DNA of 64,000 nucleotides from Rhodospirillaceae bacterium (GCA_018649725.1 JABIHH010000046.1:24508-88507), one strand, 5' to 3'. Positions 1-7,713 are shown, counted from the first letter of the stretch. The notes: generated by a model not told the origin, from the sequence alone. Numbers and translations are program-made.

Positions 1-1064
1 TTTGCGGGTTGATGACCATTCGGGCGGCTTTGGAAGCCAGAGGTGATGGTCGAAAGCGTGTGCTGGTGCCGGAATCGGCTCATGGTACCAATCCGGCCAG
101 TGCCTATATGTGCGGCTATAAGGTTGAAACGATCCCGGCGACCGATCAGGGCCGGGTCGATCTGGCAGCGCTCAAGGCGAAGTTGGACGACGATGTTGCC
201 GCCATCATGGTGACCAATCCCAATACCTGCGGCTTGTTCGAGGACGAGATCATCGAGATGAACCAGGCCGTGCATGAGATCGGCGGCTTGGTCTATTGCG
301 ATGGCGCGAATTTCAACGCGATTGTCGGTAGCGTCCGGCCGGGTGATCTTGGCATTGATGCAATGCATCTCAATTTGCACAAAACCTTCTCAACACCGCA
401 TGGCGGCGGTGGGCCGGGTGCGGGGCCGGTTGTGTTGTCAGAAGCCCTGGCCGCCTTCGCGCCGCTTCCTTTTGTCGTGCATAGCAAGGATGGCTTTGAA
501 TTGATCGAGCAGACAGAGGATGCCGATGGCGCGCAGCCATATGGCCGGATGAAAGGTTTTCACGGCCAGTTCGGCGTTTTTGTCCGGGCGCTTTCTTATA
601 TGCTGAGTATGGGCAGCGATGGCCTGCGCCAAGCGTCAAGCGATGCCGTGCTCAACGCCAATTACCTGATGGCCGAGCTCAGCGATATTTTGACGCCGTC
701 TTACGACGGCCCGTGTATGCATGAAGTCTTGTTTGATGATCGTTTCTTGAAAGACACCGAGGTGACGACCCTCGATTTTGCCAAAGCAATGATCGATGAA
801 GGGTTCCATCCGATGACGATGTATTTCCCGCTGGTGGTTCATGGCGCGCTTCTGATGGAGCCGACCGAGACCGAAAGTAAGGCGACGCTTGATGAGTTTA
901 TTGCGGTGATCCGGAGCCTGGCTGAAAAGGCACAAACCGGCAATGCTGAGATGTTCAAAGAGGCGCCGATCAATACACCACGCCGACGCCTCGATGAAAC
1001 CAAAGCGGCCCGCAATCCGATCCTGACCTGGCATTCGCGAAAATCAAATCGTCCTGAGGGTTAA
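1..1064 (+). CDS. gcvPB: Glycine dehydrogenase (decarboxylating) subunit 2, C-terminal part; 5' end lies outside the window
   Basis: The ORF is open to the window edge. The translation contains ESAHGTNPASA and HLNLHKTFSTPHGGGGPGAGP, the PLP-lysine region typical of GcvPB. Confidence 0.9.
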   Translation, partial: CGLMTIRAALEARGDGRKRVLVPESAHGTNPASAYMCGYKVETIPATDQGRVDLAALKAKLDDDVAAIMVTNPNTCGLFEDEIIEMNQAVHEIGGLVYCDGANFNAIVGSVRPGDLGIDAMHLNLHKTFSTPHGGGGPGAGPVVLSEALAAFAPLPFVVHSKDGFELIEQTEDADGAQPYGRMKGFHGQFGVFVRALSYMLSMGSDGLRQASSDAVLNANYLMAELSDILTPSYDGPCMHEVLFDDRFLKDTEVTTLDFAKAMIDEGFHPMTMYFPLVVHGALLMEPTETESKATLDEFIAVIRSLAEKAQTGNAEMFKEAPINTPRRRLDETKAARNPILTWHSRKSNRPEG

Positions 1065-1075
1065 GTGCCTAGATT

Positions 1076-1363
1076 TTAGGCTTCAAGACTATCGGGCAAA
1101 CCATCTGGTAAATCGGCGGGAGGGTCGTCGGGCAATTCGTCCATCGAATCCTCTGAGATAAACGGCCACAGCATGATCCCCATTTCCGGGCCAAAGGCTT
1201 TAGCCATGAGGAAAGCGGCCTCAGGCGTCATCAGATGTTTGAGATATTGCCGCTCTTCCGGCTGGAGGCGGTTAATGCCATCTCTAAAATTGGGCACAAA
1301 TTTTTTATCGTACTTATAGGTGAGGGGGTTTAACGGGCCTGACTCATTCATTGGGGCGGTCAT
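1076..1363 (-). CDS. Hypothetical 95-aa protein with an acidic Pro/Asp-rich C-terminus
   Basis: The ATG is preceded by AAGGAG with a 6-nt spacer. I recognise no family. It is the last gene of the minus-strand cluster at 1076-5713. Confidence 0.5.
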   Translation of the reverse strand: MTAPMNESGPLNPLTYKYDKKFVPNFRDGINRLQPEERQYLKHLMTPEAAFLMAKAFGPEMGIMLWPFISEDSMDELPDDPPADLPDGLPDSLEA

Positions 1364-1380
1364 TGTGTTCTCCTTGGTTT

Positions 1381-1404
1381 TAAATTTGTGATTATAAATT
1401 TGTG
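1381..1404 (-). promoter_or_regulatory. Direct repeat TAAATTTGTG x2 (14-bp period) containing a minus-strand TATAAT, in an AT-rich spacer just upstream of the 95-aa gene
   Basis: TAAATTTGTG occurs at 1381-1390 and 1395-1404. The reverse complement of 1391-1396 reads TATAAT, about 27 nt upstream of the ATG at 1363. Confidence 0.25.
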
Positions 1405-1481
1405 GTTTAAAAAATTATTTTTGGTTCTAATTTTAGATTTTGAGCACCAACATTGGCTTTTTTATGGTGAATTTTTTTCTC

Positions 1482-2120
1482 CTAATATTTTTGAACCAGT
1501 CCTTCGGGGCACTGTTGTGAATTAGGGATGGGGGAGGGTGGAAGTTGAACGTTTTGGGGCTTCACCCTCCCCCTTTTATCACCGAGGCGGGGATCCCCGA
1601 TGAATTCTGGAAATTTAATGTGTCTGTTATGCTTCTCTCCCAGGGTCGGGCCGACCCAATTGGCCGCAACAGAACTTGGCTTCACCCCGTTTAGCCACTT
1701 TTGCAGCGATAAAAAACTGCCGCCGAGCGGGCTCGATAAGCCGCCATGCAGCACGCCCGGTCTGACCCGAAGCCGCTTGCCATAATCTATGGCTGTCGGG
1801 ATTTCCCAGGGTGTCTGGGTTGGCTTGGCATTCATGCAGCGCGCCATCGGGATCTTGACAATATTGTTGAGTTCCAACTGAACGCCAAAAATCGCCATCT
1901 CATAGCTATCGATATCCGGGTGTGAATGCGGCGGTACAACCACGCTGGGCCCGGCGATAAACAACTGAACCTGATACTCGTTAAATCGAAAAAGTGTCAG
2001 CCCTAAAATACCATCAATATCCATGATCGGCGCTTGGGCCGGAACATTGAAAGATCTGGGTGAACCGCTGGCTAAATACCAATTCACAAATTTATCTAAA
2101 TCATCCATTGCACGCTCCAT
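1482..2120 (-). CDS. Cupin-like protein (212 aa), tightly linked downstream of the Hint-domain protein
   Basis: I chose the start at ATG 2118-2120 (MERAMDD), 5 nt after the upstream stop; the longer ORF-track version to 2414 would overlap that gene. There is a cupin motif-1-like PPHSHPDIDSYEMAIFG and a motif-2-like RPGVLHGG. The C-terminal tail (GRVKPQNVQLPPSPIPN) is translated from a REP-like hairpin. Confidence 0.6.
   Translation of the reverse strand: MERAMDDLDKFVNWYLASGSPRSFNVPAQAPIMDIDGILGLTLFRFNEYQVQLFIAGPSVVVPPHSHPDIDSYEMAIFGVQLELNNIVKIPMARCMNAKPTQTPWEIPTAIDYGKRLRVRPGVLHGGLSSPLGGSFLSLQKWLNGVKPSSVAANWVGPTLGEKHNRHIKFPEFIGDPRLGDKRGRVKPQNVQLPPSPIPNSQQCPEGLVQKY
1530..1573. repeat. GC-rich REP-like hairpin (half element of the CCCTCCCCC family) inside the 3' end of the cupin-like ORF
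   Basis: GGGGGAGGGTGGAAG ... CTTCACCCTCCCCC is an imperfect inverted repeat. Confidence 0.7.
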
Positions 2121-2125
2121 CGTCT

Positions 2126-4405
2126 TTAAGTCCCAGCTCTTTGTTCGCCGGCAACGCCGCCCGGCGTTAACTTGTCGAAGGGGTCTCGTCGGATCAGGAA
2201 GCGAATAATCGGTGTGCCGTAATCCATCGCCAACCGACCCAGAATATGACCTTTGGGTTTGTCGGCATAGCGATGGCCAAGCTCGGTGATCCAGGGGCGG
2301 ATACCGGCCGCAAGCCAGCGGCCAAAGCTCATCGGTGCCCGCCGTGAGAGCGCAATCAGCGGTTTGGCAATCAAACGGTAGGTATGACTGACGCAGTCCG
2401 TATCTTCGGCCCAATCCTCACCAAATCCCCGAAAGGGGTTTTCATAGCGGGAATATTTGCGCTCAATGTCCCACTCTTCATCGGAGAACCAGCCCTGGCG
2501 ATGAAGCTCGGCGCAGATGATGGTCGAGTTGTGAACCCGAAAGCCGCCCGCAACAAAACAATCGCCGCCGGCCACTTCAAGGTTGTAGACGTTGTCTGCC
2601 TCACCATCGCTATAGATTTGGCGGACGATATGGCTCGAACCATCGGCATTGACGAGCTCAATGCCCGGCTCAATTTCACGGGCAAAAATCCATTTGCCAT
2701 TGGCACACAGGAACGGATGCGGCGGGGTGGCCTTCACGCCATCAATATTAATCAGCCGCCGCCGCCCGGAGACAATGTTCTCCAGCACCAGCTCTGATTT
2801 AATCTCACCAAGATTGCTAAAGGAGGCGATCAGATCGCCGGGCTTGATTTCAGCAATTGGCTTTTCCGAACCATCTGCCATCAGGATCGGCGTGTCGCCG
2901 GTAAAGCATTCTGCGCCACCGCCGTCACCGGTTTCAACACCCCAAACGCCATCCGGACTCATACCAGACATAGGTGCACCGGTTGCAGTAGCGGTAAATC
3001 CACTATTCCCGCCCCCTCCTGTTGAACCGCCGGAGCCCATCGTTTCCGCATCATTGCCCATGGCGTCGATCGCACCGCCCATCGTATCCACGGTGCCGTC
3101 TGAATATGCACTTCCCCATTCGCCATCGGAATCAACCCCGTAGCCATAGCCATAATCACCACCAGCATAAGCACCACCGGACATGTCTCCGTTGGAGAAC
3201 ATGCCGCTTGAAAGAGCACTGCCATTGGGACCCGAGGCACCTACACCCCAGCCCCCATTGTAGGTGCCGTCAACAGCATAGCCACTGGCGATGTTACTTT
3301 CTGCACCGAGTAAATTATCGCCAATGTTGGCCGTTTGTTCTCCCAAGGAATTTACTGAATTAGAGGCACCGGCGTTAGCGGGGTCTGTGTCCATCGTGTA
3401 ATTATGAGCCGCCGTGAAAGCATCTACAAAACTCACGGGCTCAACGCCATAATTGGTTTTCTCGCCGCTGGTGTCCGCTTTACCCGCGCTCGGACCAGCG
3501 GTCGTCGGGCTGTTGCCATAGATACTATTGCCCGGATTACCGCTCGTGCTGTGAGCCCCCCGATACGCCGCCCCGATGTCAGTGGTCGCACCCATAACCA
3601 TCGCCGTCGCCCGCTCCGCATGAGCCGCCTGTTCAGCCGGATCTACGGTCAGTGCAGTGTAGGCTGTCTGGTTGCCCGCTTTGGCACCGAGACTAGTGGG
3701 CCCAGTGTTTGTAAAGCCGACCAAGGCGGCATTGGCGACTTCATTGAGCGTATCATTGCCGGTATTGCCCATCAGCGCACCAGGGTCGGTATCTGAGATA
3801 CCTAACGGCGAAGCCGAGTCAGTTGTATCTTCGAGATAGGATTCGCCAAAATAATCATTAATAACGCCGTCTACACCATAGTTTTCTGGAGCCGTGCCAC
3901 CGCCGAGGGGGTCAGTGGGGGCAAATTCGTCATCGGAATAAAACCAAGCTAAGTCTTTGTCACTGATGCCACCCCCAAATGGGTCGGCGTCACGAATCGC
4001 GTTTGCACCTGGATGCGACAATCCCATTTCTTCTGAAATCATATTAGCAGTTTGAGCGGCTGTACGACCAACAGGGTCGGCTGCAATGCCTGCGTAATAG
4101 CCAATACCTTTACCTGCATGTCTACCTAACTGGCTGCCTATGATGGCTCCTTCCTTCCCTAATCTGGAGCCAATTTTTCCTCCGACAATTCCACCGATCC
4201 GGCCTCCTAATTTTGCTCCTTTTTCGTCCAATCCATAATCAGGGGCATTTCCCGGAAGCCCGTTGAACGTAGTAGCGGTATAGGTTTGTGGCTCACCATG
4301 GACATTTCCATTCTGATCAACCGTTGAAACAGATTGTTCCCACATACCGGTATCCTGATTGAAATGAGCGGGGCCATAAGATGTTGAAAACTCGATACTT
4401 GCCAT
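2126..4405 (-). CDS. 759-aa glycine-zipper / low-complexity protein with an internal Hint (pretoxin-HINT / bacterial intein-like) module and an unassigned C-terminal domain; putative self-processing effector or bacteriocin
   Basis: This is a long uninterrupted ORF. GxxxG repeats span aa 66-110. The Hint blocks are CFTGDTPILMADG (Cys500), ATPPHPF (TxxH) and VYNLEVAGGDCFVAGGFRVHN followed by Ser627. The start ATG overlaps the stop of the upstream small gene (TGATG). Confidence 0.8.
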   Translation of the reverse strand: MASIEFSTSYGPAHFNQDTGMWEQSVSTVDQNGNVHGEPQTYTATTFNGLPGNAPDYGLDEKGAKLGGRIGGIVGGKIGSRLGKEGAIIGSQLGRHAGKGIGYYAGIAADPVGRTAAQTANMISEEMGLSHPGANAIRDADPFGGGISDKDLAWFYSDDEFAPTDPLGGGTAPENYGVDGVINDYFGESYLEDTTDSASPLGISDTDPGALMGNTGNDTLNEVANAALVGFTNTGPTSLGAKAGNQTAYTALTVDPAEQAAHAERATAMVMGATTDIGAAYRGAHSTSGNPGNSIYGNSPTTAGPSAGKADTSGEKTNYGVEPVSFVDAFTAAHNYTMDTDPANAGASNSVNSLGEQTANIGDNLLGAESNIASGYAVDGTYNGGWGVGASGPNGSALSSGMFSNGDMSGGAYAGGDYGYGYGVDSDGEWGSAYSDGTVDTMGGAIDAMGNDAETMGSGGSTGGGGNSGFTATATGAPMSGMSPDGVWGVETGDGGGAECFTGDTPILMADGSEKPIAEIKPGDLIASFSNLGEIKSELVLENIVSGRRRLINIDGVKATPPHPFLCANGKWIFAREIEPGIELVNADGSSHIVRQIYSDGEADNVYNLEVAGGDCFVAGGFRVHNSTIICAELHRQGWFSDEEWDIERKYSRYENPFRGFGEDWAEDTDCVSHTYRLIAKPLIALSRRAPMSFGRWLAAGIRPWITELGHRYADKPKGHILGRLAMDYGTPIIRFLIRRDPFDKLTPGGVAGEQRAGT
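2528..2908 (-). other. Hint (Hedgehog/intein) module, 127 aa (aa 500-626), with all canonical catalytic positions present
   Basis: Cys1 is encoded by TGC at 2906-2908. Block B is TPPH and the C-terminal is His-Asn (codons ending at 2528). The +1 residue is Ser. Confidence 0.75.
4076..4210 (-). other. Glycine-zipper segment (aa 66-110) of the 759-aa protein
   Basis: LGGRIGGIVGGKIGSRLGKEGAIIGSQLGRHAGKGIGYYAGIAA shows consecutive GxxxG/GxxxA spacing. Confidence 0.6.
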
Positions 4406-4647
4406 CAGATATTACCTTTTTTGTTGGATTTAAACTTTGAAAATAAAAAATATGAGAAATGTAGGATGAATTCTAATGATAAGAATAAAAATATATAGAC
4501 TACGGATTCTATCATTAGGCTGTAATTTTCTAGAAAAGTGTCTAGATCGAATGAGAAATAAACTATCGAATAAACTAAAAATAAAATTGAATGTTGTTTT
4601 TTTGTTAAAGGCAAAACCCAATTGGGATTTAAATTTGATCTAATCAT
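4405..4647 (-). CDS. Small two-TM protein B (80 aa), paralogue of 4748..4990; candidate immunity or export partner
   Basis: I chose the start at MIRSNL (ATG 4645-4647), which makes it colinear with and the same length as the paralogue. The two share an NP..P N-terminal motif, FD.D, LE and the C-terminal KFKSNK.GNI. The stop TGA overlaps the ATG of the 759-aa gene by 1 nt. The gene is very AT-rich. Confidence 0.6.
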   Translation of the reverse strand: MIRSNLNPNWVLPLTKKQHSILFLVYSIVYFSFDLDTFLENYSLMIESVVYIFLFLSLEFILHFSYFLFSKFKSNKKGNI

Positions 4648-4748
4648 TCTACTTCCAATGCCTCTATTACAGACGGATTTTCCCCACATGCCGGTTTTTG
4701 GTTGAAATGAGCGGGGCCATAAGATGTTGAAAACTCGATACTTGCCAT
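4644..4748 (-). pseudogene. Truncated duplicate of the 5' end of the 759-aa gene (34 codons: MASIEFSTSYGPAHFNQ then divergent and frameshifted)
   Basis: A 47-bp stretch, 4702-4748, is identical to 4359-4405. Flanking similarity extends to about 4663-4780 versus 4320-4437. A 1-nt indel after codon 17 shifts the frame. The fragment's TGA overlaps the ATG of small protein B (ATGA). Confidence 0.7.
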
Positions 4749-4990
4749 TAGATATTGCCTTCTTTGTTGGATTTGAATTTATCCAAAGAAAGGAAAATTA
4801 AATAAATTATTACCTCTAATATCAGTATAGATACTGCAAATATTATAATTGATAATAGTTCATTACTAATGGAAAATAATGAATCAATATCAAATAAGTA
4901 ATAAAGTAATGAATAAAAGATCATTATTGAATAGTATTGTAATCTGCTAATTGGTATATTCAGTTTTGGATTGAATGTTAACCTCACCAT
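4748..4990 (-). CDS. Small two-TM protein A (80 aa), paralogue of 4405..4647
   Basis: MVRLTFNPKLNIPISR...LDKFKSNKEGNI has two hydrophobic stretches. The stop TAA overlaps the ATG of the truncated toxin 5' copy (TAATG). A GAGG lies about 12 nt upstream of the ATG. The gene is very AT-rich. Confidence 0.6.
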   Translation of the reverse strand: MVRLTFNPKLNIPISRLQYYSIMIFYSLLYYLFDIDSLFSISNELLSIIIFAVSILILEVIIYLIFLSLDKFKSNKEGNI

Positions 4991-5086
4991 TTTTAATTCG
5001 CCTCATTTTTATCAATACGCGTTATCTCTTCTATTCTCTATGCCCCTATTAGAGGGCGTTTTTAGTAAAATTGCGCGTTTATTTTT

Positions 5087-5713
5087 TTACTTGTTAGCAT
5101 TCACGTCGTCCGACCAGGTGTTCATGAGGGAGTTGATGCTGTTGATATAGTGCTGTCGGCTTGCCTTCGTGGTGGTTGTGGGTTTGCGGGGTTTGAGCCG
5201 TTTGGCGCGCTGGCGGGAGAGGGGGCCGAGGGTTTCGAGTTGGGCCAAAAGACTATCGGGTGATTCTACTAGGCTTGGGCTTGGGCGGTGGCGGTCTTCG
5301 CTGCGGATCGTGCGCCCTGAGCTATCGACGTTGAGGGGGCCGGGATAGGTGATGGCAAACCACTCGCTGACGGTGTCGCGGACTTTTTCCGAGGCAGGGT
5401 GATACCAGGTGCGATAGGCCTCGCTTTGCATCAAAGTCTCAATCTCGGGTGCCGAGAGCAGCCGGGGAATGAGGGGGATGGCGCGCCCTTCCAAATGAAT
5501 TTCCTGGTCCTCGCTAAATTCAGCCGGGGCAGCCGGGTCAATTTCCGCCTGATGAATGGCGGCCAACAGATCGTGGCCGGTGAGCGCTGGAATATTGGCC
5601 GCCATGTTTGCCGTTTTGTCGGCCGTTTGGCGGGTGAAGCCGTTCTGTTCTCCGCTCTCAGGGGGCTCGTCCACGCCAATTGTCGGTTTATTTTCTGAAT
5701 AATCTTCCACCAC
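5087..5713 (-). CDS. Hypothetical 208-aa protein with an acidic N-terminus and a basic, Thr-rich C-terminus
   Basis: This is a long ORF on the same strand and upstream of the small-TM/Hint cluster. I recognise no family. Confidence 0.5.
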   Translation of the reverse strand: MVEDYSENKPTIGVDEPPESGEQNGFTRQTADKTANMAANIPALTGHDLLAAIHQAEIDPAAPAEFSEDQEIHLEGRAIPLIPRLLSAPEIETLMQSEAYRTWYHPASEKVRDTVSEWFAITYPGPLNVDSSGRTIRSEDRHRPSPSLVESPDSLLAQLETLGPLSRQRAKRLKPRKPTTTTKASRQHYINSINSLMNTWSDDVNANK

Positions 5714-5850
5714 TAAGTGTCCTTATATGTTTTTGTTAACGCATAAGGTAGGGGGGATGTTTCTCATTAGCAAGAACAAATTGTGAACAATTTATTAATA
5801 TTCCTAAAAAGGGTATAATTAATAAGGTGTTAGGTGTTGAAAATTTAGTC

Positions 5851-5953
5851 ACCTCCCACCCCAGCCCTCCCCCTCAAGGGGGGAGGGGGTAAGCTTAAAA
5901 TGAGTGACCCAAACTTCCTCCCCCTTGATGGGGGAGGATTGAGGAGGGGGTGA
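5851..5953. repeat. Composite GC-rich palindromic element (CCCTCCCCC-TCAAGG-GGGGAGGG family), degenerate full-length copy
   Basis: There are two internal hairpins: CCCTCCCCCTCAAGGGGGGAGGG at about 5865-5887 and CCTCCCCCTTGATGGGGGAGG at about 5917-5937. The outer arms resemble those of the element at 59944-60047. Confidence 0.75.
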
Positions 5954-5977
5954 ATTAAAAAAAGAGGAGGTGTGTGT

Positions 5978-7411
5978 TTACTGAATGATCGATTTTAGTT
6001 CAGCGAGGCAGGCGGCGTGGTTGGCCTCACAGCCGCCGTCCAGCCACCAGGCCTCAACCTGCTCAAGCAGGCGGGAGATCTCGGGGCCGGGGTCAATGCC
6101 GAGATCCAGCACATCCTGGCCTTTGAGCGGAAAGGTGGGCTCTTGTCCAATCTGAGCATCGGCGATCTCGACGAGATGAAGCCAGCGGTTTTTTTCTTCA
6201 GCGAGCGTGTCGATTGCGTCGACCTGCATTGCCGCCCAATTGAGCAAGATAAGATCAATCACCGTGGTCGCCCCATGCGTATAAAGCGCTGCCTGGACAT
6301 CTTCGTCGCTCATATCCCAGCGAATATCTACTGTCGGCGCGACCATGGCAGTGAGACGTTTCTGTTCGGCTTTGGACAGGCGCAGGGCAGCGGCAATCTC
6401 CAGGACGCCGCTTTCATCGGTGTCGACGAGGGCAGCCAGCCGCCGTAACGGGTCAGGCTTGACGCTGGCAAAATTCATCGCCCTGGTCTCCAACCAATGG
6501 ACCTGACGCAGTTTATCCGGCGAGATGACATAAGGGAGGATGATCTGCAACACGCCCTGTTGATACATCAACGACATGATATCGAGCAGCATATTTGAGC
6601 TCAAAATTTTGAACAGCTCGGCCCGAATGCGCTCAGCCGAAAGCTCTCTCAGCAAGCCGGCCTGATCAATGCAGGCTTGGAACTCCCGCTTGCTCTCAAC
6701 CCGCATGCCCAAGGTCGCGATAAAGCGGAAATAGCGTAAAATACGTAGATGGTCTTCCTCAATCCGCTCAGGCGCTCGGCCGACAAAGCGGATCACCCGA
6801 TTGGCGAGATCTTGAATGCCATTGAAATAGTCATAGACCATGCCGTCCGGTGTCGCGCTCAGTGTGTTGAAAGTGAAATCACGCCGGGCGGCATCTTGTT
6901 TCCAATCTAGCGTGAACTCGACCACCGCATGGCGACCATCGGTTTTGATGTCTTTTCGAAGGGTGGTGATCTCAAAGCTCTGGCCGTTGATTACCGCCAT
7001 CACTGTGCCGTGCTCGATGCCGGTCGGCACGGCTTTGATGCCAGCTTCTTCTAATAGCCGGACAACTTGATCCGGCGTCTCCTGGGTTGCAAGATCGATA
7101 TCGGTATTTGGTTTTCTAAGCATGGCGTCGCGGACACAGCCGCCGATAAAGCGGGCTTCTTTGCCGTTTTTGGTGATAGCAGCAAGAACCGCTGTTACTT
7201 CCGGGCTTTCCATCCAGGGCTCAACCGGGATTTGCCCGCCGGGCCGTCCGTCCCAATTCACGATGATATCACCAGGCTTGATGGCCGGCTCAAACAGCTT
7301 GCGGCGTGACGATTTGCGGCGCGCGACGAGCAACAAAAAAACTATCAGGGCCAGGGTCGTCACCGTCCAACGCACCGGACCTTCGATATAATTGAGTATC
7401 TCTTCAATCAT
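5978..7411 (-). CDS. cca: tRNA nucleotidyltransferase (CCA-adding) / poly(A) polymerase family; the longest ORF includes a 66-aa N-terminal extension with a hydrophobic helix
   Basis: The FIGGCVRDAMLRKPNTDIDLAT nucleotidyltransferase motif is present. A canonical-length product would start at Met67 (MESPEV, nt 7213). Confidence 0.8.
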   Translation of the reverse strand: MIEEILNYIEGPVRWTVTTLALIVFLLLVARRKSSRRKLFEPAIKPGDIIVNWDGRPGGQIPVEPWMESPEVTAVLAAITKNGKEARFIGGCVRDAMLRKPNTDIDLATQETPDQVVRLLEEAGIKAVPTGIEHGTVMAVINGQSFEITTLRKDIKTDGRHAVVEFTLDWKQDAARRDFTFNTLSATPDGMVYDYFNGIQDLANRVIRFVGRAPERIEEDHLRILRYFRFIATLGMRVESKREFQACIDQAGLLRELSAERIRAELFKILSSNMLLDIMSLMYQQGVLQIILPYVISPDKLRQVHWLETRAMNFASVKPDPLRRLAALVDTDESGVLEIAAALRLSKAEQKRLTAMVAPTVDIRWDMSDEDVQAALYTHGATTVIDLILLNWAAMQVDAIDTLAEEKNRWLHLVEIADAQIGQEPTFPLKGQDVLDLGIDPGPEISRLLEQVEAWWLDGGCEANHAACLAELKSIIQ

Positions 7412-7438
7412 CTCTTACGATACCAAGCTAAATTGGCG

Positions 7439-7696
7439 TCACTTAAATCGACCGGGAACAATCTTGCCATCTTCCAGGCGCGGCGATTGGTATTTGCCTA
7501 TTGTATCATCACCCAAGGTGGTTAGATATATGAGAGAAACTGCGGCAAGAACGCAGCCGATGACGCTGACCCAAAACCAATGGCCTTCTTCCCAATCGGG
7601 CATCCCCCGGCCTTTTCGCTTGGCGTCAATTTTGGCCCAAATAGTGTAGAGCACCAATGGCGTGATCAAAGGGAGAAATATATGAAGGAATATCCG
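7439..7696 (-). CDS. Small membrane protein (85 aa), conserved neighbour of the CoA pyrophosphatase and CCA genes
   Basis: I chose the start at MRIFLHIFLPLITPLVLYTIW. The product has two hydrophobic helices. The longer ORF-track version overlaps the upstream gene. Confidence 0.5.
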   Translation of the reverse strand, partial: RIFLHIFLPLITPLVLYTIWAKIDAKRKGRGMPDWEEGHWFWVSVIGCVLAAVSLIYLTTLGDDTIGKYQSPRLEDGKIVPGRFK

Positions 7697-7713
7697 CATT
7701 TGTTTTTTTTCCG

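Noticed and set aside
2121-2414. Longer version (310 aa) of the cupin-like ORF
   Set aside because: It would overlap the 3' end of the 759-aa gene in another frame with Arg/Cys-rich sequence. The ATG at 2120 directly follows the upstream stop.
2528-2908. Classical protein-splicing intein interrupting a housekeeping enzyme
   Set aside because: The flanking sequence is low-complexity Gly-rich upstream and an unrecognised small domain downstream, not a conserved enzyme active site. There is no homing endonuclease insert. The context fits BIL or pretoxin-HINT use better, although genuine splicing is not excluded.
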